Assembly: GCA_013239625.1 (NCBI GenBank)
Contig: MU053597.1
Span: 1,664-65,663, forward strand
Length of the DNA stretch: 64,000 bases
From: Lama guanicoe
Lineage: Eukaryota
Reading direction: 5' to 3'
How positions within the stretch are numbered: position 1 is the first letter of the stretch; every line of letters starts with the position of its first letter. The translations under genes were made by a program, and so were the position numbers. The notes under the pieces are model-generated. The model had not been told where the DNA came from. It did no database searches and worked only from the letters and a program-made list of their open reading frames with translations. Below are positions 11,241-24,995 of the stretch, in pieces.

Positions 11241-12665
11241 CTGAAAGAGAAACCAGAAGAGGGGACTGTGAGCACCATGGGGAAGCTGGGATTCGGGCAT
11301 GCTGGGGGCAGTGCCCACCCCGAGCTTGGGGCCCTGACACAGGCTCTGGCCCTGCTCTCAAGCACCTGCTCTGTGCACCTGTCTGCCATCTGCCAGTGTT
11401 GTTCACCTGCAAGGGCAGGGGGTGACAGGAAGCCAGGGGCCTGGCATACCCTCTCCCACCTAGGCCTGGGTGGGAGCAGTGGGCAGCCCAGACCAGGGCC
11501 ACAGGCAACAGTAGCCTTGGCTGTGCCCATCTGGACGGACAGACTGGCATGGCCCCATGGGCTCTGGGCCTGCCTGCAAGCCCCATGGTGGCCATGGGGG
11601 TCATTACCATTCTGGGCCTCTGTGGCCTCTCTGACCTTACCCCTCCCCAACCCCATCTTTCAGGGAAGGATCTACAAACCCAGCCAGAGGAGATGCAGAA
11701 CAGTGGGGCAGAGGAGAAAGGTCATTCCAGGCATCTCCCAGCCTCCCTGCAGCCCCACTCTCTGAACCTGAGCCCATGTCAGTGCAGAGACCCCTCCCAC
11801 CTCTGCCTCCTCACATCAAGAGTGGCCTATTTTTTGGAGGATGAGGATGGGGTCAGACCTCAGTCTCTGGCTGTGACTTGGACATCCAACTGCCTCCTCT
11901 CTGCCCCACCCACCCTGCTGCCTGTCACATGGCCCCTCAGGTGCCCCCCTTCAGTCCCCCACCTGCACTCCTGCTAGGACGCTCCCTTCCTCCCTTAACC
12001 CCTCCAGACTCTCCTGGAGCTAAAGCCTGGACCCACCACTGCCTCCTGCTTTGGCCAGGCTGGCACTGTTACCCTTCCCCCATTTCAAGGTGAAAAAACT
12101 GAGGCTCAGACAGGGTCACAGTGAGGAGGCGGGAGTACCCACCCCTGAACTCACAGACTGACCCCAATCTCATGACCCTGGGATGGCCTGCCCTGCTCAG
12201 GGAAAGGGTGCTGTCCGTGTGCCACCCGCTCACACCCAGGGGAGGGGGCGCTCCTGGCCCAGGTGAGTGGGGATGCAGCAGAGCTGTCCTGGCCTCAGGA
12301 AGCCAGCACCACCCACCCTGGACTTGCCCCCACGTGAATCCTGGGAATTTCCTTCTGCCTCTAACTTCAGTTTTCCCACCCTTCCTAAAGCCCCTGGCTG
12401 GCCATCGCCCCACGCAGAGCTAGGCCACTGGGTGGAGAAGGGAGACTGAAGTCTGCACCCCAGTGCCCGCCCGGCCTCCTGGTGCCAGCACCTCTGCTCT
12501 GCTGTCCGTGCACATGCCGGCCTCCTGCCCACAGGGACTCATTGCTTCTTGCTGCCTGGGCCCAGCAGTGACCCAAGGTCGGTCACTGTTCTGCAGCCCC
12601 CTCCTGGCGTCCTTCCTGACAGGTCTTCTAGGCACAGCAGGAGCTGAGCGTGGGTGGCCTCCTGG

Positions 12666-13343
12666 TTAAGAAGGCACCATGAACATCTCCTTTCTTTTCT
12701 AATAGAAACGCAGTGACTTCATGAAGTTGATACTTCCAGGTAATCTAGGAAATAAAAGATAAACCTTCACAATCCTGTTCCTGGCGTCTGAAGATCCTAG
12801 TAAGATGGGGAAAAAAAAACTTGGTAATAAATAATGAGTTCAAACCCTAGTAGTACGCTACTTTACAGTATCATGTGCAAACATATGACTTTCCACTCTT
12901 GGAGTGGCCCATTTGGGGCACTACTGAACCAGGGTCATTCATTTTTTTCCACTTTTTTATTTTAAAAGTTGTTATGCACCTGAATTATGTGTATACATGA
13001 CACAAAAGGTAATATGAACATATAAAGAACAGTATACACCAGAAATTGACAAGTGTAACTACACACAAAATATTTAGAACAAAATGACAATGACACCACT
13101 AGCTTGTGGAACCTCAATAAAAATTCATAAACTGAGAGTTTCTAGTGAGTAAAGAAGAAATACCCATTAAGCTACGATAGAACAAAAAGTAGTACACAAA
13201 AGAATGTCATAGAAAGAAACAAAAGAGAAACAACAGAAGTTTTAAAAAATCCCCGATTAGTCTCTGAAAAGATTAATAAAGTAGAATACTACTTTCCTGC
13301 TAAGAAAATAGAGAAGCACACATAACATATTAACAGGTTAACA
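12666..13343. repeat. Diverged duplicate of 19573-20268 (gene X intron with micro-exon)
   Basis: Colinear match, e.g. cagtgacttcatgaagttgatactt and ccagaaattgacaagtgtaactacacacaa in both. Confidence 0.92.
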
Positions 13344-13577
13344 CTTTAAGTCAGCCCGTTTATAAATCTCCGCGATCTGTGACGCCTTCCTGTCTGCCCC
13401 TCATCCGCACATTCAGACAAACTATTCATGCTGTTACTTCTACCACCACAGCCGCCCCTTCGCTGTCCAAATCCTGCCTTCCTCATTCCCTTTTATACCA
13501 ACATGAGAGCTCTCTTCAACACAAAGCCAAACACATTGGTCTCACAAAAGCCATCAAAGATGCCTATTTTTTTTTTT

Positions 13578-13749
13578 NNNNNNNNNNNNNNNNNNNNNNN
13601 NNNNNNNNNNNNNNNNNNNNNNNNNNNNNNNNNNNNNNNNNNNNNNNNNNNNNNNNNNNNNNNNNNNNNNNNNNNNNNNNNNNNNNNNNNNNNNNNNNNN
13701 NNNNNNNNNNNNNNNNNNNNNNNNNNNNNNNNNNNNNNNNNNNNNNNNN
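13578..13749. other. Assembly gap (N run)
   Basis: Run of N after a poly-T tract. Confidence 0.98.
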
Positions 13750-14499
13750 CTTCCATGAAATCGGATCCATCAGTTACAAATAATTCCCTAATTTCCTACA
13801 ATCCTTTGCCACTCTCACTGTACCTCTTTTGTAAAACACAATTCTACCTGCATTAGAAGTTTTAATTTACTTTACCTGTCTCCTTCAAGAGACTGCAGTT
13901 CTTTGGGTGATGACTGTGTTTTAGCCATCTGTGTGTAACCCTTAGGAACTAGGACAGTGCCCTGTAATTAGCAAATACTCCAGAACTCTTAAGTATACAG
14001 TCAGAATTGGATCTGACACTAAATGGTAATTACGAGACTATTACTGAGAAATTTATCTTCACTGGAATTCAATGAACTGACTTCTCCAGACATATCACCC
14101 ACAAATCACTACAGTGATCTTGGGGAAGCATTCTTCCTACTTTTCCCTCAATCTTTCATGTAATGTCTGCAGAAATTACGTTCATAACAATAAACTGAAA
14201 AATAAAAATGCAATAAATGCAACAAACCTAACAGCCAAATTGGCTGAACACATACTGACAGTACAAAAATAGTAATTAAGGTTTAGCTGAGCTAAATATC
14301 AAAAAGCCAACCAAGCATTTATGGAAGTTCCAAAAACAAATAATCTACACAGAATTAGGGTAAAGGTATTTAAAGGAATGTGTGGGCTAAGGAGTCCAAG
14401 AAATGCGTCAGTGTGTTCAAAGGGTAAAACAATCTAAAAATCACCTACCAAGTGATTCTCTGAACCTCAGGAGGGCTATTTGAAAACATCAAGTCATAG

Positions 14500-15700
14500 G
14501 AAAACAATCCAATTCAAAAGTGGGCACAGGATTTTAATGGACATTTCTCCAAAGAAGACACACAGATGGCCAATAAGGCCAAGAAAAGATGCTCAGCATC
14601 ACTAATCATTAGGGAAATGCCTATCAAAACTACACTGAGATGCTACCGCACACCCACTAGGCTGGGCACTACCAAGAAAACAGACTATGACAAGCGTTAG
14701 TGAAGACGTAGAGACTTGCAACCCTTTGTGCACTGCTGGCGAGAATGTAAAATGATATACCATTATGGAAAATGATACGGTGGTTCCTTAAAAAATTAAA
14801 AATAGAATTACCACTTAATCCAGCAATCCCACTTCTCAGTGTATACCCAGAAGAACTGAAAGCAGGGACTCAAAAAGATAATTTGCACACTCATGTTTCT
14901 AACAGCATTATTCGCAATAGTCAAAAGGTGGAAGCAACCCACGGATGGATGAATGAAAGGATAAACAAAATGTGGTATATACATAAAATGGATTATTACT
15001 TAACCTTAAAAATGAATAAAATTCATTTACAAAAATGAACTTATTTACAAAACAGAAGAAGACTCACAGACAGAAAACACATTTATGGTTGCCAAGGGGG
15101 AAAAGGGGTGGGAAGGGATAAATTGGGAGTCCAAGACTTGCAGATACTAACTACTCGATAAACAGAATAAATATCAAGATTCTTCTGTATAGCACAGGGA
15201 GCTATATTTGGTATCTTGCAGTAATCTATAATGAAAAAGAATATGAAAAATAATCTATGTATGTATATGTATAACTGAAACATTACGCTATATACCAGAA
15301 ATTGACACAATATTGCACACTGGTTATCTTTCCATTTAAAAAAACAAAAAGGATGAAATTCTGACATATGCCACAACATGGATCAATCTTGAAGACGTAA
15401 TACTAAATGTAATAAGCTAGACAAAAAAGGACAAATATGGCTTGATTCCACTTATACAAGATACATAGAATAATCAAATTCAGAAAGGAGAATGGTTAAC
15501 GGGGCTGAGTCGGGAGGAGGGATGGGGAGTAACAGTCTAACGGGTACAGAGTTTCAGTTTGGGAAGCTGAAATGGTTCTGGAGATGGATGGTGGTGGATT
15601 GCACAACAGTGTGAATGTACTCATTGCCACTGAACTGAATATTTAAAAATGGCTACAATAGTGAATTTTATGTTATGTATATTGTACCACAATTTTATAA
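14500..15700 (+). mobile_element. Old L1 ORF2 end/3'UTR with a nested younger L1 3' fragment (~15025-15345)
   Basis: ACATTTCTCCAAAGAAGA, WFLKKLKIELP..PAIPLL..YP; nested insert flanked by a degenerate TSD AAAAATGAATAAAATTC / AAAAAGGATGAAATTC. Confidence 0.9.
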
Positions 15701-16902
15701 AATCAATAATTTTTTACTGTCAAGGAATGTCACGGAAATTATGTATCTGTGACAAAGATATTTAAAATTCTCAACTCTCAAATTTTGCTGCGTTGTGCTA
15801 AAATTATATAAATTCATACAGAAAAACTGGCTACTACCTACTGATTAGAAGTCCACTTTGCTGTTGTTCAGCACATTATAGTAATTTTTAGGGTGTTAGT
15901 ATGTACCTCATTTATAATAACCGAAACACAAGTACAAAAACATAGCCAAAAAAATTCATCAGGATCAGTGAAGAGCACCTAAGTTCCTGTACAACGACCT
16001 CTCCTGACAATTAGCAGCACAAAATCACAACAGTTTCTTTCACTTTCTACTAGAAGCCCTTGAAAACAAAAACAAAATTGAGATCACTATTAAAGTGGAT
16101 AAACAGTAATTATCAGGTCAGTGTAATTACTGTTTAATAGATACAGTTATTATTCAACATTTTTTAAAACATAAGGTCCATGGAAAAACATTGTCAATTA
16201 TACTCAAGAACTTAATGTTCATCTTGATGTGTTCTCTCTGGAAGCTTGCTTCACAGTCTCTAGGAGGTGAAAGGAACACTTTCTCTCTCTAATCCACCAA
16301 TATCTGAATTAACATATTTTAAAGATAAAACCCAAGAAACAACAAAGTTATTAAGAGTGATCTCTGTCATTTTGATGAGACTTGCTCTGTATACGGAAAG
16401 CATCACTAGCTGCACTGGAACAGATTCAAGATACCAAATATCACCAATTGTGCCCCACTTTCACTTCCGTTGTGTCACCACAGAGTCAATAATGACATTT
16501 TTTAGGCAAAGCAATGAAGATTAGGATTAATATAAACTTACAGTAAGGGAATAAAATTCATACTGGGTTATGAGAAAGAGGGATGGGTGGGAATAAAAAG
16601 GACATGACAAGTCTCACGACAGCATTGTGCACAGCCTCGGGTGTGGCCTCTCCTCAACGCACAGCTGCAGGATCCCCTACCCTTGCTGAATTCTGGACTC
16701 TTACACACCCTTAACTGATGTTCCAAAGGCTTCTTAATACAAGCTGAAGCTGATCTTAATCTATACCTTCTACCCAAATCTGCTCCTTTCCCTGAGGTTC
16801 CTCATAGGCTCACGTTAAGCTGAAGTTCAGAGTCATCATTAACCCCCTCTCCTTCACCCCATACCACATTCAAATGATCAGTAAGTTCTCAAATCCACCT
16901 CC

Positions 16903-17389
16903 TCTCACTCCACGGCCACTGCCACACACAGCTCACGTCCTCACTGAGTCACACCTGTATTACCGCAGGACCCCCCCCCCCAGTGCTCTCTGCTTCCGGT
17001 GTTCCCTCCCCCTTCTCCACCCTCCTCTCATAGATCCTCCTAGGGTCCACAGAGCAGTCTTTAGGAAACACAATATCACATCAGTTCCTTGTTTAAAAAC
17101 CTTCAGTTGATCCTGTGTGAAATCATTACCAGTCCTAATTCTTTACATCTCACTCCACGGCCACTGCCACACACAGCTCACGTCCTCACTGAGTCACACC
17201 TGTATTACCGCAGGACCCCCCCCAGTGCTCTCTGCTTCCGGTGTTCCCTCCCCCTTCTCCATCCTCCTCTCATAGATCCTCCTAGGGTCCACAGAGCAGT
17301 CTTTAGAAAACACAATATCACATCAGTTCCTTGTTTAAAAACCTTCAGTTGATCCTGTGTGAAATCATTACCAGTCCTAATTCTTTACA
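16903..17389. repeat. Near-perfect tandem duplication (16903-17147 / 17148-17389)
   Basis: Units differ only in poly-C length (11 vs 8) and two substitutions seen. Confidence 0.95.
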
Positions 17390-17859
17390 GCACGTCTTAC
17401 AAAATCTTTCCAAATCTGGACCTAACTTCTGTCTCTCGCCTGACCTGCCCATGCATGGACAGTTGCGCCCCCTTAGGGCTGCTGGTTCCTCTCCTACAAG
17501 CTCGTATTTCTTCACATCCCTGTGCCTTTGCAAATGGCCATCTCATTCCCTGGGAGGACCACCCGCTTCTTCACTCCCTATCCATGCCACGAGTACTTTT
17601 ACTTACCCTTTAAAATTAGGCTCATGATGTCATCAACAAAGAAATTGCAAGGGAAAAAAGAGATGTCGGGGCAACGCAGAGACTAAAAGAGGGTAAGAGC
17701 CTACACAAATGCTCCGTGGAATAGTGTTCCTGGCCTGTTTCACAATCATATGGCTAGAAAAAACCAAGAAGCCAATATGAACCATTTTTTAAAATTAAAA
17801 ATAGGACATCCCTAATCTATTCCTAGCTAGGTGACAATGTTTAAAAACTGATACGTAAT

Positions 17860-19450
17860 GCTTCACACCCACGACAATGGCTACCATCAAGAAAACAGGA
17901 AACAACATGTGTTGGTGAGGATGTGGAGAAGCTGAAACCCTGGTGCACTGCCAATGAGAATGTAAAGTGATGCAGCCATTATGGAAAATGGTACGGTGGT
18001 CCTTGAGACAATTAAAAACAGATTTAATCCAGCAATATCATTTCTCAGTATATACCCTGAAGAATTGAAAGTAAGGACTCAAAAAGATATTTGCACACTC
18101 ATGTTCATAGCAGCATTATTCACAAGAGTCAAAAAAGTGCTCTTGGATGGATGAATGGAAAAGCTAAATGTGGTGTATACATAAAGTGGAGTATTACTTA
18201 GCTTTAAAAAATGAATGAAATTCTGTTATGTGCCACAACATGGATAAATCTTGAAGATCTTATGGTTTAAGTGCAATAAGCTAGAAACACAGAGGACAAA
18301 TACTGCAGAGGGCATAGCCCAGTGGCAGAGCACATGCCTAGCGTACACAAGGTCCTGGGTTCAATCTCCAAGACCTTCTTTAAAAATAAATAAATAAACA
18401 AACCTAATTACCTATCACCACCAAAAAAAAAAAGACAAATAGAAACACTGTTCGAATCCTCTTATATGAAGTATCTAGAGTAATCAAATGCACAGAGTCT
18501 AAAGTAGAATGGTGGTTGCCAGGAGCAGGGAAGAATGGGAGTAATTATCTAATGAGTTTGGGAAGTTCAAAAAGATCTGGAGATGGAAGGTGGTGATGGC
18601 TGCAGAACAATGTGAATGTACTTAATGCCACTGAAATGGTAATAAACTTTGTTATTTTCCAACAATTAAAAGAACAGAAAAAATTTTTTTGAAAAACTGA
18701 TAGGACACCAACTGTTGGTGAGAATGCGGAGCAACTACAACTCTCATACATCACTGGTGGAACGTGAAATGCCACAATCACTTTGGAAAAATGCCTGCTA
18801 ATTGCTTACAAAACTGAACCGACGCCTACCCTGCGATATCCCAGCCCTACTCCTTGGCAGTGACTGCAGGGGAAGGAGAGCATTTCTGTACAAGCGTGGT
18901 CACAGCAATTGTACTCGGAATAGTCAGAAGCTGGAACTAGCCCGGGCGTCAGTCACCAGGAGAACGGCGAAGCGGTGGTGTCTTCCTACAGTTAAACAGT
19001 GCGCAGCAGTAACAGGCACAAGGACTGACATGTGCAGTGACAGAGACAAGCCTCAAAACCACTACGCTGAGTGAAAGGAGAATTATATTGGAGTAGCTAC
19101 TGAATGATTCCACTAATATGAATGAATAAAACAGGCAAAACTCATCCACAATGGAAAAAAAATCGGAAGTGTGGTTTTCTCTGGGGGATGGAAGTGGGGA
19201 CTGGCTGTGAAGGGACTTCCTGGGTTGAAGGTGATGTTCTCTATTTTGTTGGGGACTAGGGTTACACAGATGTATGCATTTGTTAAAACTCAATAAATGC
19301 CACAATTAAAACTTGTGCGTTGCGTATGGTTATTTTACCTCAAAAAAAGGCCACAGAGAAAGCAACTCTAGTCAATGACACATGTGATAGAAATATTTAC
19401 AGATAAAATGTACCCTGTCTGCAACTTACTTTGAGACATAAGAAATTAAG
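17860..19450 (+). mobile_element. Two adjacent old L1 3' fragments
   Basis: TGTTGGTGAGGATGTGGAGAA, ATGTTCATAGCAGCATTATTCACAA; second fragment from ~18690 (GTTGGTGAGAATGCGGAGCAACT). Confidence 0.85.
18308..18433 (+). mobile_element. tRNA-derived SINE, camelid Vic-1-like
   Basis: GAGGGCATAGCCCAGTGGCAGAGC (A box), GGTTCAATCTCC (B box), AAATAAATAAACAAACCTAATTACC tail. Confidence 0.85.
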
Positions 19451-20199
19451 ATGGAATGATGAAAACTTACAGTTTTATACATCAAATAAAAAAAGATGGG
19501 ACTGATAAATGGATAGAGGGCTAGACAGAAACATGACAAAGCACACAGTGTAAAATCTTACCTCTAGCATTATTAAAAAGGCACCAAGAATATCTCCTTT
19601 CTTTTCAAATAGTTAGGCAGTGACTTCATGAAGTTGATACTTCTGAGTAATCTAGGGAAAAGGAAATGACAAACCTTCACAAATCTTGTTCACGGAGTCA
19701 GAAGATTCTATTAATAATGGAAAAAAAAAAAACCCGTATAATAAAAAATGAATTAAAACCCTAGAAGTATGCTATTTTACAGTATAATATGCAAATATTT
19801 GACTTTCTAGTCTTGGAGTGGCCCATTGGGGACTCTAACTGAATCAAGGTCATTCATTTTTTTTTTCACTTTTTTATTTTAAAAGTTGTTTGTGCACCTG
19901 AATTATGTGTACCCACTACACAAAAGGTAACATGAATATATAAACAATAATAATATACACCAGAAATTGACAAGTGTAACTACACACAATATATTTAGAA
20001 CAAAATGACAATGAAACCACTACACATTAGCCTGTGGGATCTCAATAAAAATTTGTAAACTAAGTTTCTAGGGAGTAAAGGAGAAATACCAATTAAGCCA
20101 CGATAAAACAAAGAAAATAACTACAGAAAAGAATGCCACAGAATCAACAGAGAAACAACAGAGGCTTTAAAAAATCCCCAATTAGTCTCTGGAAAGACT

Positions 20200-21850
20200 A
20201 ATAAAGTAGAATAATACTTTCTTACTAAGGAAAAAGAGAACCACAAATAACACATGAACAGGTTAACAGATCAAAGAAGGAAAAGATGTGATCATCTCAA
20301 TAAATAGAGAAAAAAATCATTTGATAAAATGCAGCACAGCACCCGTTCTTGACAAAAATAAAAACAATATGAAACACTCTAACTCAAACTGGGAATGGAA
20401 CTTTTGTAATTTAATTTAAAAAAACTATCAAAATTCTACAATAAAAACCATATTTAACATAAAATGTTAGACACACTGACTTTTAAATCAGGAACAACAG
20501 TGCACACTGTCATTGCCTCTTTTCAATAAAACCCCAGAGCTCCTAGACCTCTGCCAGGAGACTGAAAAAAGCATAAGACTGGAAAGGGAAAAACTACCAT
20601 GGTTCTCGCACAAAATATTATGGTTATAATAAAAATCTAGACACTATTTGAATGAAAAAACACTTCAGCCTCGTTGCTAGATATAAAACAACATGCTAAA
20701 CTTAGTAACATGCACCAACAGTAATCAGTAAAAAATGTCATTTCAACAAACATCCTTTAGAATGTTAACAAGAAGTGTAAGTATCTGGGAACAAATTTAA
20801 GAAAATATGCAGGAGACAAGTAAGATATTATATAAAGTGACAAAGCCTCACCAAAGAGCACAAAGGGCATTTTTAAAAGGCAATCATGGTCCTGGATGTG
20901 AAAACAATACCATAACATGTCAATTCTCCTGGAATGAATCTATAAACTCAATGCATTTCTTCATCAAAATCCTAGAAAATGCATTATTTATAAAGGTATG
21001 TGACAATGTGATTCCTAAATTGATATGAATTAGTAAGAGACCAAGAACAGCCAAAGGGTCTTAAAGAAAAAGAATGACGAGGGAAGAATTTTCTTTCAAC
21101 TAACAAATCCTATTCTAAAGCTGTTTTCATTAAAATCTGTGTTATTAGTATAAGAAAAGAAAAACGACCAAAAAAACACAACAGAATCCACAGAAACATC
21201 TACGTATATTTGGGAGTTTGGTGTATGGCAGTAAAAATAAGGGAAGAAAGGACAACAAACTGGCACGTGGACCATCAGTCATCCACATGGAAAAAATATA
21301 TAAATCCCTCTCTTGGTCTGCTTACAAAAATAAGTTCCAGATAAAATGTAAAAAGCCAAACTATAAAACTCATATACAAGGATATCCTTTATGCCATTAA
21401 AGTAGGAATGGAAATAAGTCACACACACAAAACTTTAACTTTAAAGGAAAGTAGTGATAAATTAAAATGGAAATCACTGAAAACGAGTTTAAAAAATACG
21501 CCATAACAGCATGGAAGGAGGCATCTCCAACATAAGAGAGCACTTCGCATTAGAAACCCAGAAATAACAAGAGCTTCGAGAAAAAAGTACAAAGGGCAAA
21601 CCCTCACTAGGAAAACAGGCCAATGATGTGATCAGATAGCTCAGGGAAAAGAAAACCCAACGTGTCATTAAACACATGGAAAGAGATGCAGTGTCACGAG
21701 TGATCAGTGAGAGCCATCAGAACTGGCAGAAATTAAGAAGCCTAAAACAACAAGGCTACGTGTCATGTTCCATCAAATAAAAAAAGACTTAAGTCATCTA
21801 AATATCAAGAACACGCAAGGATGTGGAAAAACAGCAAACTAAAAACACGG
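20200..21850 (+). mobile_element. Degraded ancient L1 ORF2 segment
   Basis: ATCATCTCAATAAATAGAGAAAAA..ATTTGATAAAAT, GTTGCTAGATATAAAA, ATGTCAATTCTCC; A-rich strand bias. Confidence 0.75.
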
Positions 21851-22151
21851 ATGAGGAGAAATTTATCACAGCAATGGAGACCATGCACCATGGAGTCAGA
21901 CTGTCTGGGTTTAATCTCAGGTGCTAGCACTTATCAGGTATAAACTTGAGCAGATAATTTAATATGAGCCTCCCTTTGCTCATTTATACAATGGTGAATG
22001 ATTAAGGGAAGTTGACTCTTGCCTCCTGTACACCATTGGTCTTACCTGTATGGTTTCTTCAAGGCGGCAGCACTCCATGCCTGGCGGCATCTCTATAACC
22101 TGGTTGGGGCTGAACGGACACAACAGCTCAGTGAACGGCTCTGCAACACAC

Positions 22152-24995
22152 GGTATTAAGAAGTTTGGCAGGGAGTATCTTTGAAATAATCATTGACTTT
22201 TTTCGCCCCACATATTTCTTGCCTCTATCTTACTGTCTTAAGAGACAGATCATTCCTTAGAGAACAGAAGTTACAGAAGAATATGAGGAATAACAGAGCT
22301 GTTTATTGCCTATGAGTTTTAAACACTCAGTTTTGTAGGAAACAAAAACAATTCATGGCAGAAAGATTTAAGGAATCTCACGGGGAAAGCCCAGAGCAAT
22401 GAGGTGTACAGGACATGGGCACCATTTCCTGCATAGAAAACAAGGGGAATCAGGAAGCCCTCACAGAACAGCTAACTCGCATCTCTAAGATCGAGCCTGG
22501 TAGAGCCACACATAACTTCTGCACCTCAACGTGGAACAGATCAGGGAAATGGTTCCCATTCAGTCTCAGAATGGAAGGGAAGGAATAACATCACATCCAG
22601 GTCTCAGCAACACTTGTGCAGGCCGGCTCCCCAGGACCAGAGAGCAACCAGGACAGCTCAGCAGGTGCCCAGTGTACGCAGGCTACATAGAGGACCAGGG
22701 AAGTGTCATTCCACATCCCACCACCTCCTAACTCCTTGGCAGCAGAAAACTCCAAAGCACAGACACACTCATGGAGAAAACGGAGAGGTCTTGCATTGCT
22801 ACAAATTTGGGAACAATAAATTAAGTTGTAAATCAAGTGAGTTATTTAAAATTATACACCAGTACCCATCTTACATAAATCAGTTCGTAGACACAGCAGC
22901 ACAAGTATATGGAATACGTGGTCCCCGCACTGTTTTCCTAGACAGTGTTTCATGCTCAAATAGGTTTGGGAAATGCTGTCTTTTCCTTTGGGACATCAAA
23001 ATGCCCATTAACATGTAAAGATGCCCAGTATTTTCCCATTGATTTGACGTGGGAGAGCCTTTTGGAGAAATTGTTGATCAACAATCCTGGGAAGACATCT
23101 TAGTAAGCACTGCTCTCAGCTTATCTTAAGTCATAATTTTACCCTTTCACTCACCTACTCAAAAACCTTCACTGAGTTTCAATGGATCTTTAGATTTGGT
23201 TTTCAGAAACACTTCTTTTTTAAGAGCCTCCGCAATGCAACCTGCCCTAGTCATCAGTCGTCACTGTTTCCCTGAGTAGCTCCTTTCCTTCAGCTACGTC
23301 ACACTCTTCGCTGTCCTGAACAAGATACATTCTTGTCGCTAAGTGTAATTCTCAACTCCCCGTGGTCTCTACACGCCCACAAACGAGGTGGCCATTTGGG
23401 TTCTACTCTCCCAGAAGTGTCACAGAGCTGCCCCTGACCATTCCAGCTCCAACCAGCTGTTCTCTGATAACACACGAGCATGTCACCCACTTACAAGCTG
23501 GCTTCTGTGGTGCTTTGCCACGGCAGGAATGACGCCAGTATGTTTACATATCATTCAACAAATCCAAATTCCGGTGTTGAATGATTGTATTTTGCCTTAG
23601 TTTTATATTACTTTCAGTCGCTGGCTAAATGTCTACCCCTAAAAATGAAGGAACATGTGCATTTTTCTCAGAGAAGAAACTTTACATACATTGGGAACGC
23701 CTGCAAATTTTAAAACAAAAGAGGCAGAACACAGCCCACAGGACTTCAGTGGGCGGCAGCAAGACATCAGTCTAAGTTAGTTTGTTAGAGAGCACATCAC
23801 GGTGTTCATTATTCACAAGTCCTAGGACGTACTATCTCTATTTATCATGTAAAAAGTGTGGTATTGGTGTGATGTATTTGGGAAGAATTGTATGCGTGTG
23901 TGAGATTTCTTTTAAATAGCAAGATTCTATAATTAAAGGGACAAAAACATGGCTGGACAATACACCTGTCAGTTGTTGAGCCAAGACATGCAAAAGTCCC
24001 TCAAATCTGAAAAGGAGACAGAAAGCACAGTAGGTAAAGAAAAGCCGAAGTTCAGCTAATTTGTCCAATGCAACTCCTACAGGATATTCTCGCCATGGGA
24101 AAATAGTCAATAAACGTTCCTTTCACCCTCAGGATACTCAAGCACAATACATCCTTGAAAAAGTCAATGTACTAACTTCATGAAAGATGCTACAAACTGA
24201 TAAACTGTAAAAGGACCAAACTGTCTAATTTAGACTGAAGTTAAGGCAATTACATTTTCCGATAGTGGTCTTTATCACTGCTCCTAAGATCTGTGTAATT
24301 ACCTGTCAACCTGCACTTAGTGGTCTAATTAAGGTTGAACATTTTCAAAATTGTATTCCAGAAAGAAAGCTATTGATAGGCTATCTTTATGTGAGAAAAC
24401 TAACTTTCTCCATGGTCATTAATTACTGTGATATACTGAATGGTATATATAAATGTGTGTGTATATATATATTCCATTTAATACATGTATTCGCATGTTA
24501 TAAAATGTATATTATACATAAGTATATATATGTGTACACATTCAACTTTTTGTTCCATAAAAGCAACATGTAAGATTTTGGGGAGACGGATTATGTAGTT
24601 GTAGAAAAAACCGTCTCTTTCCAGAAAACATTAGGTGATGTCTTTCCTATTTCTCTGTAACTCCCTCTATTCTGGCCAAATGAGCCACTACGGAGTCTAA
24701 AGATCTGTAATGAATGGTGACTGTTTTTCACTTTTATGCTTTTCATGCCAACAGCATAACTGGTGCCAGGAAGAAACTGATTTCTCTTCGGCTCTAGACC
24801 TAAGTGTCAGTATTCATTCGGTTGGCTTAGCCTTTCCAAAGAATAAAACCATTCCTTTGTCACGTGAAAGAAACACTAGCAAACAAAACTGCCAAAAGAG
24901 ATATACTTCCCTAAAATGAAAAAAGAAACTACTTTGTGAGAATGGGAGCTTTTCCAAAACGTAAAGGAATAAGACTAGTTGAGGGGAGGAGGGAC
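22152..24995. repeat. Duplicon paralogous to 54975-57900 (gene X 5' part)
   Basis: Colinear diverged match starting at ggtattaagaagtttgg in both copies. Confidence 0.95.

Larger units (their letters stand above)
5953..12665 (-). repeat. ADGRB1-derived duplicon, copy 1 (paralogous to ~46880-53100 and partly 44180-46620)
   Basis: Colinear, diverged similarity along its whole length, e.g. 6441 ccccctttgctgggtggccacagggctcctggg = 47348. Confidence 0.93.
14034..24006 (-). pseudogene. Unidentified multi-exon gene remnant ('gene X', copy A)
   Basis: AG/GT-bounded segments 23966-24006, 23155-23638, 22046-22140, 19675-19707, 16204-16303, 15979-16058 and ~14034-14166 with mutually compatible phases (1,2,1,1,2,1); the joined frame has many stops. 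Confidence 0.55.

Noticed and set aside
4007..13749. Two similar-sized N runs (4007-4183, 13578-13749) as a biological pattern
   Set aside because: Assembly gaps; flanks suggest unresolved minus-strand SINEs, but the content cannot be read
18308..18380. tRNA-like A/B box sequence (also 54060-54135)
   Set aside because: Followed by a SINE-specific tail and A-rich end; a tRNA-derived SINE, not a tRNA gene
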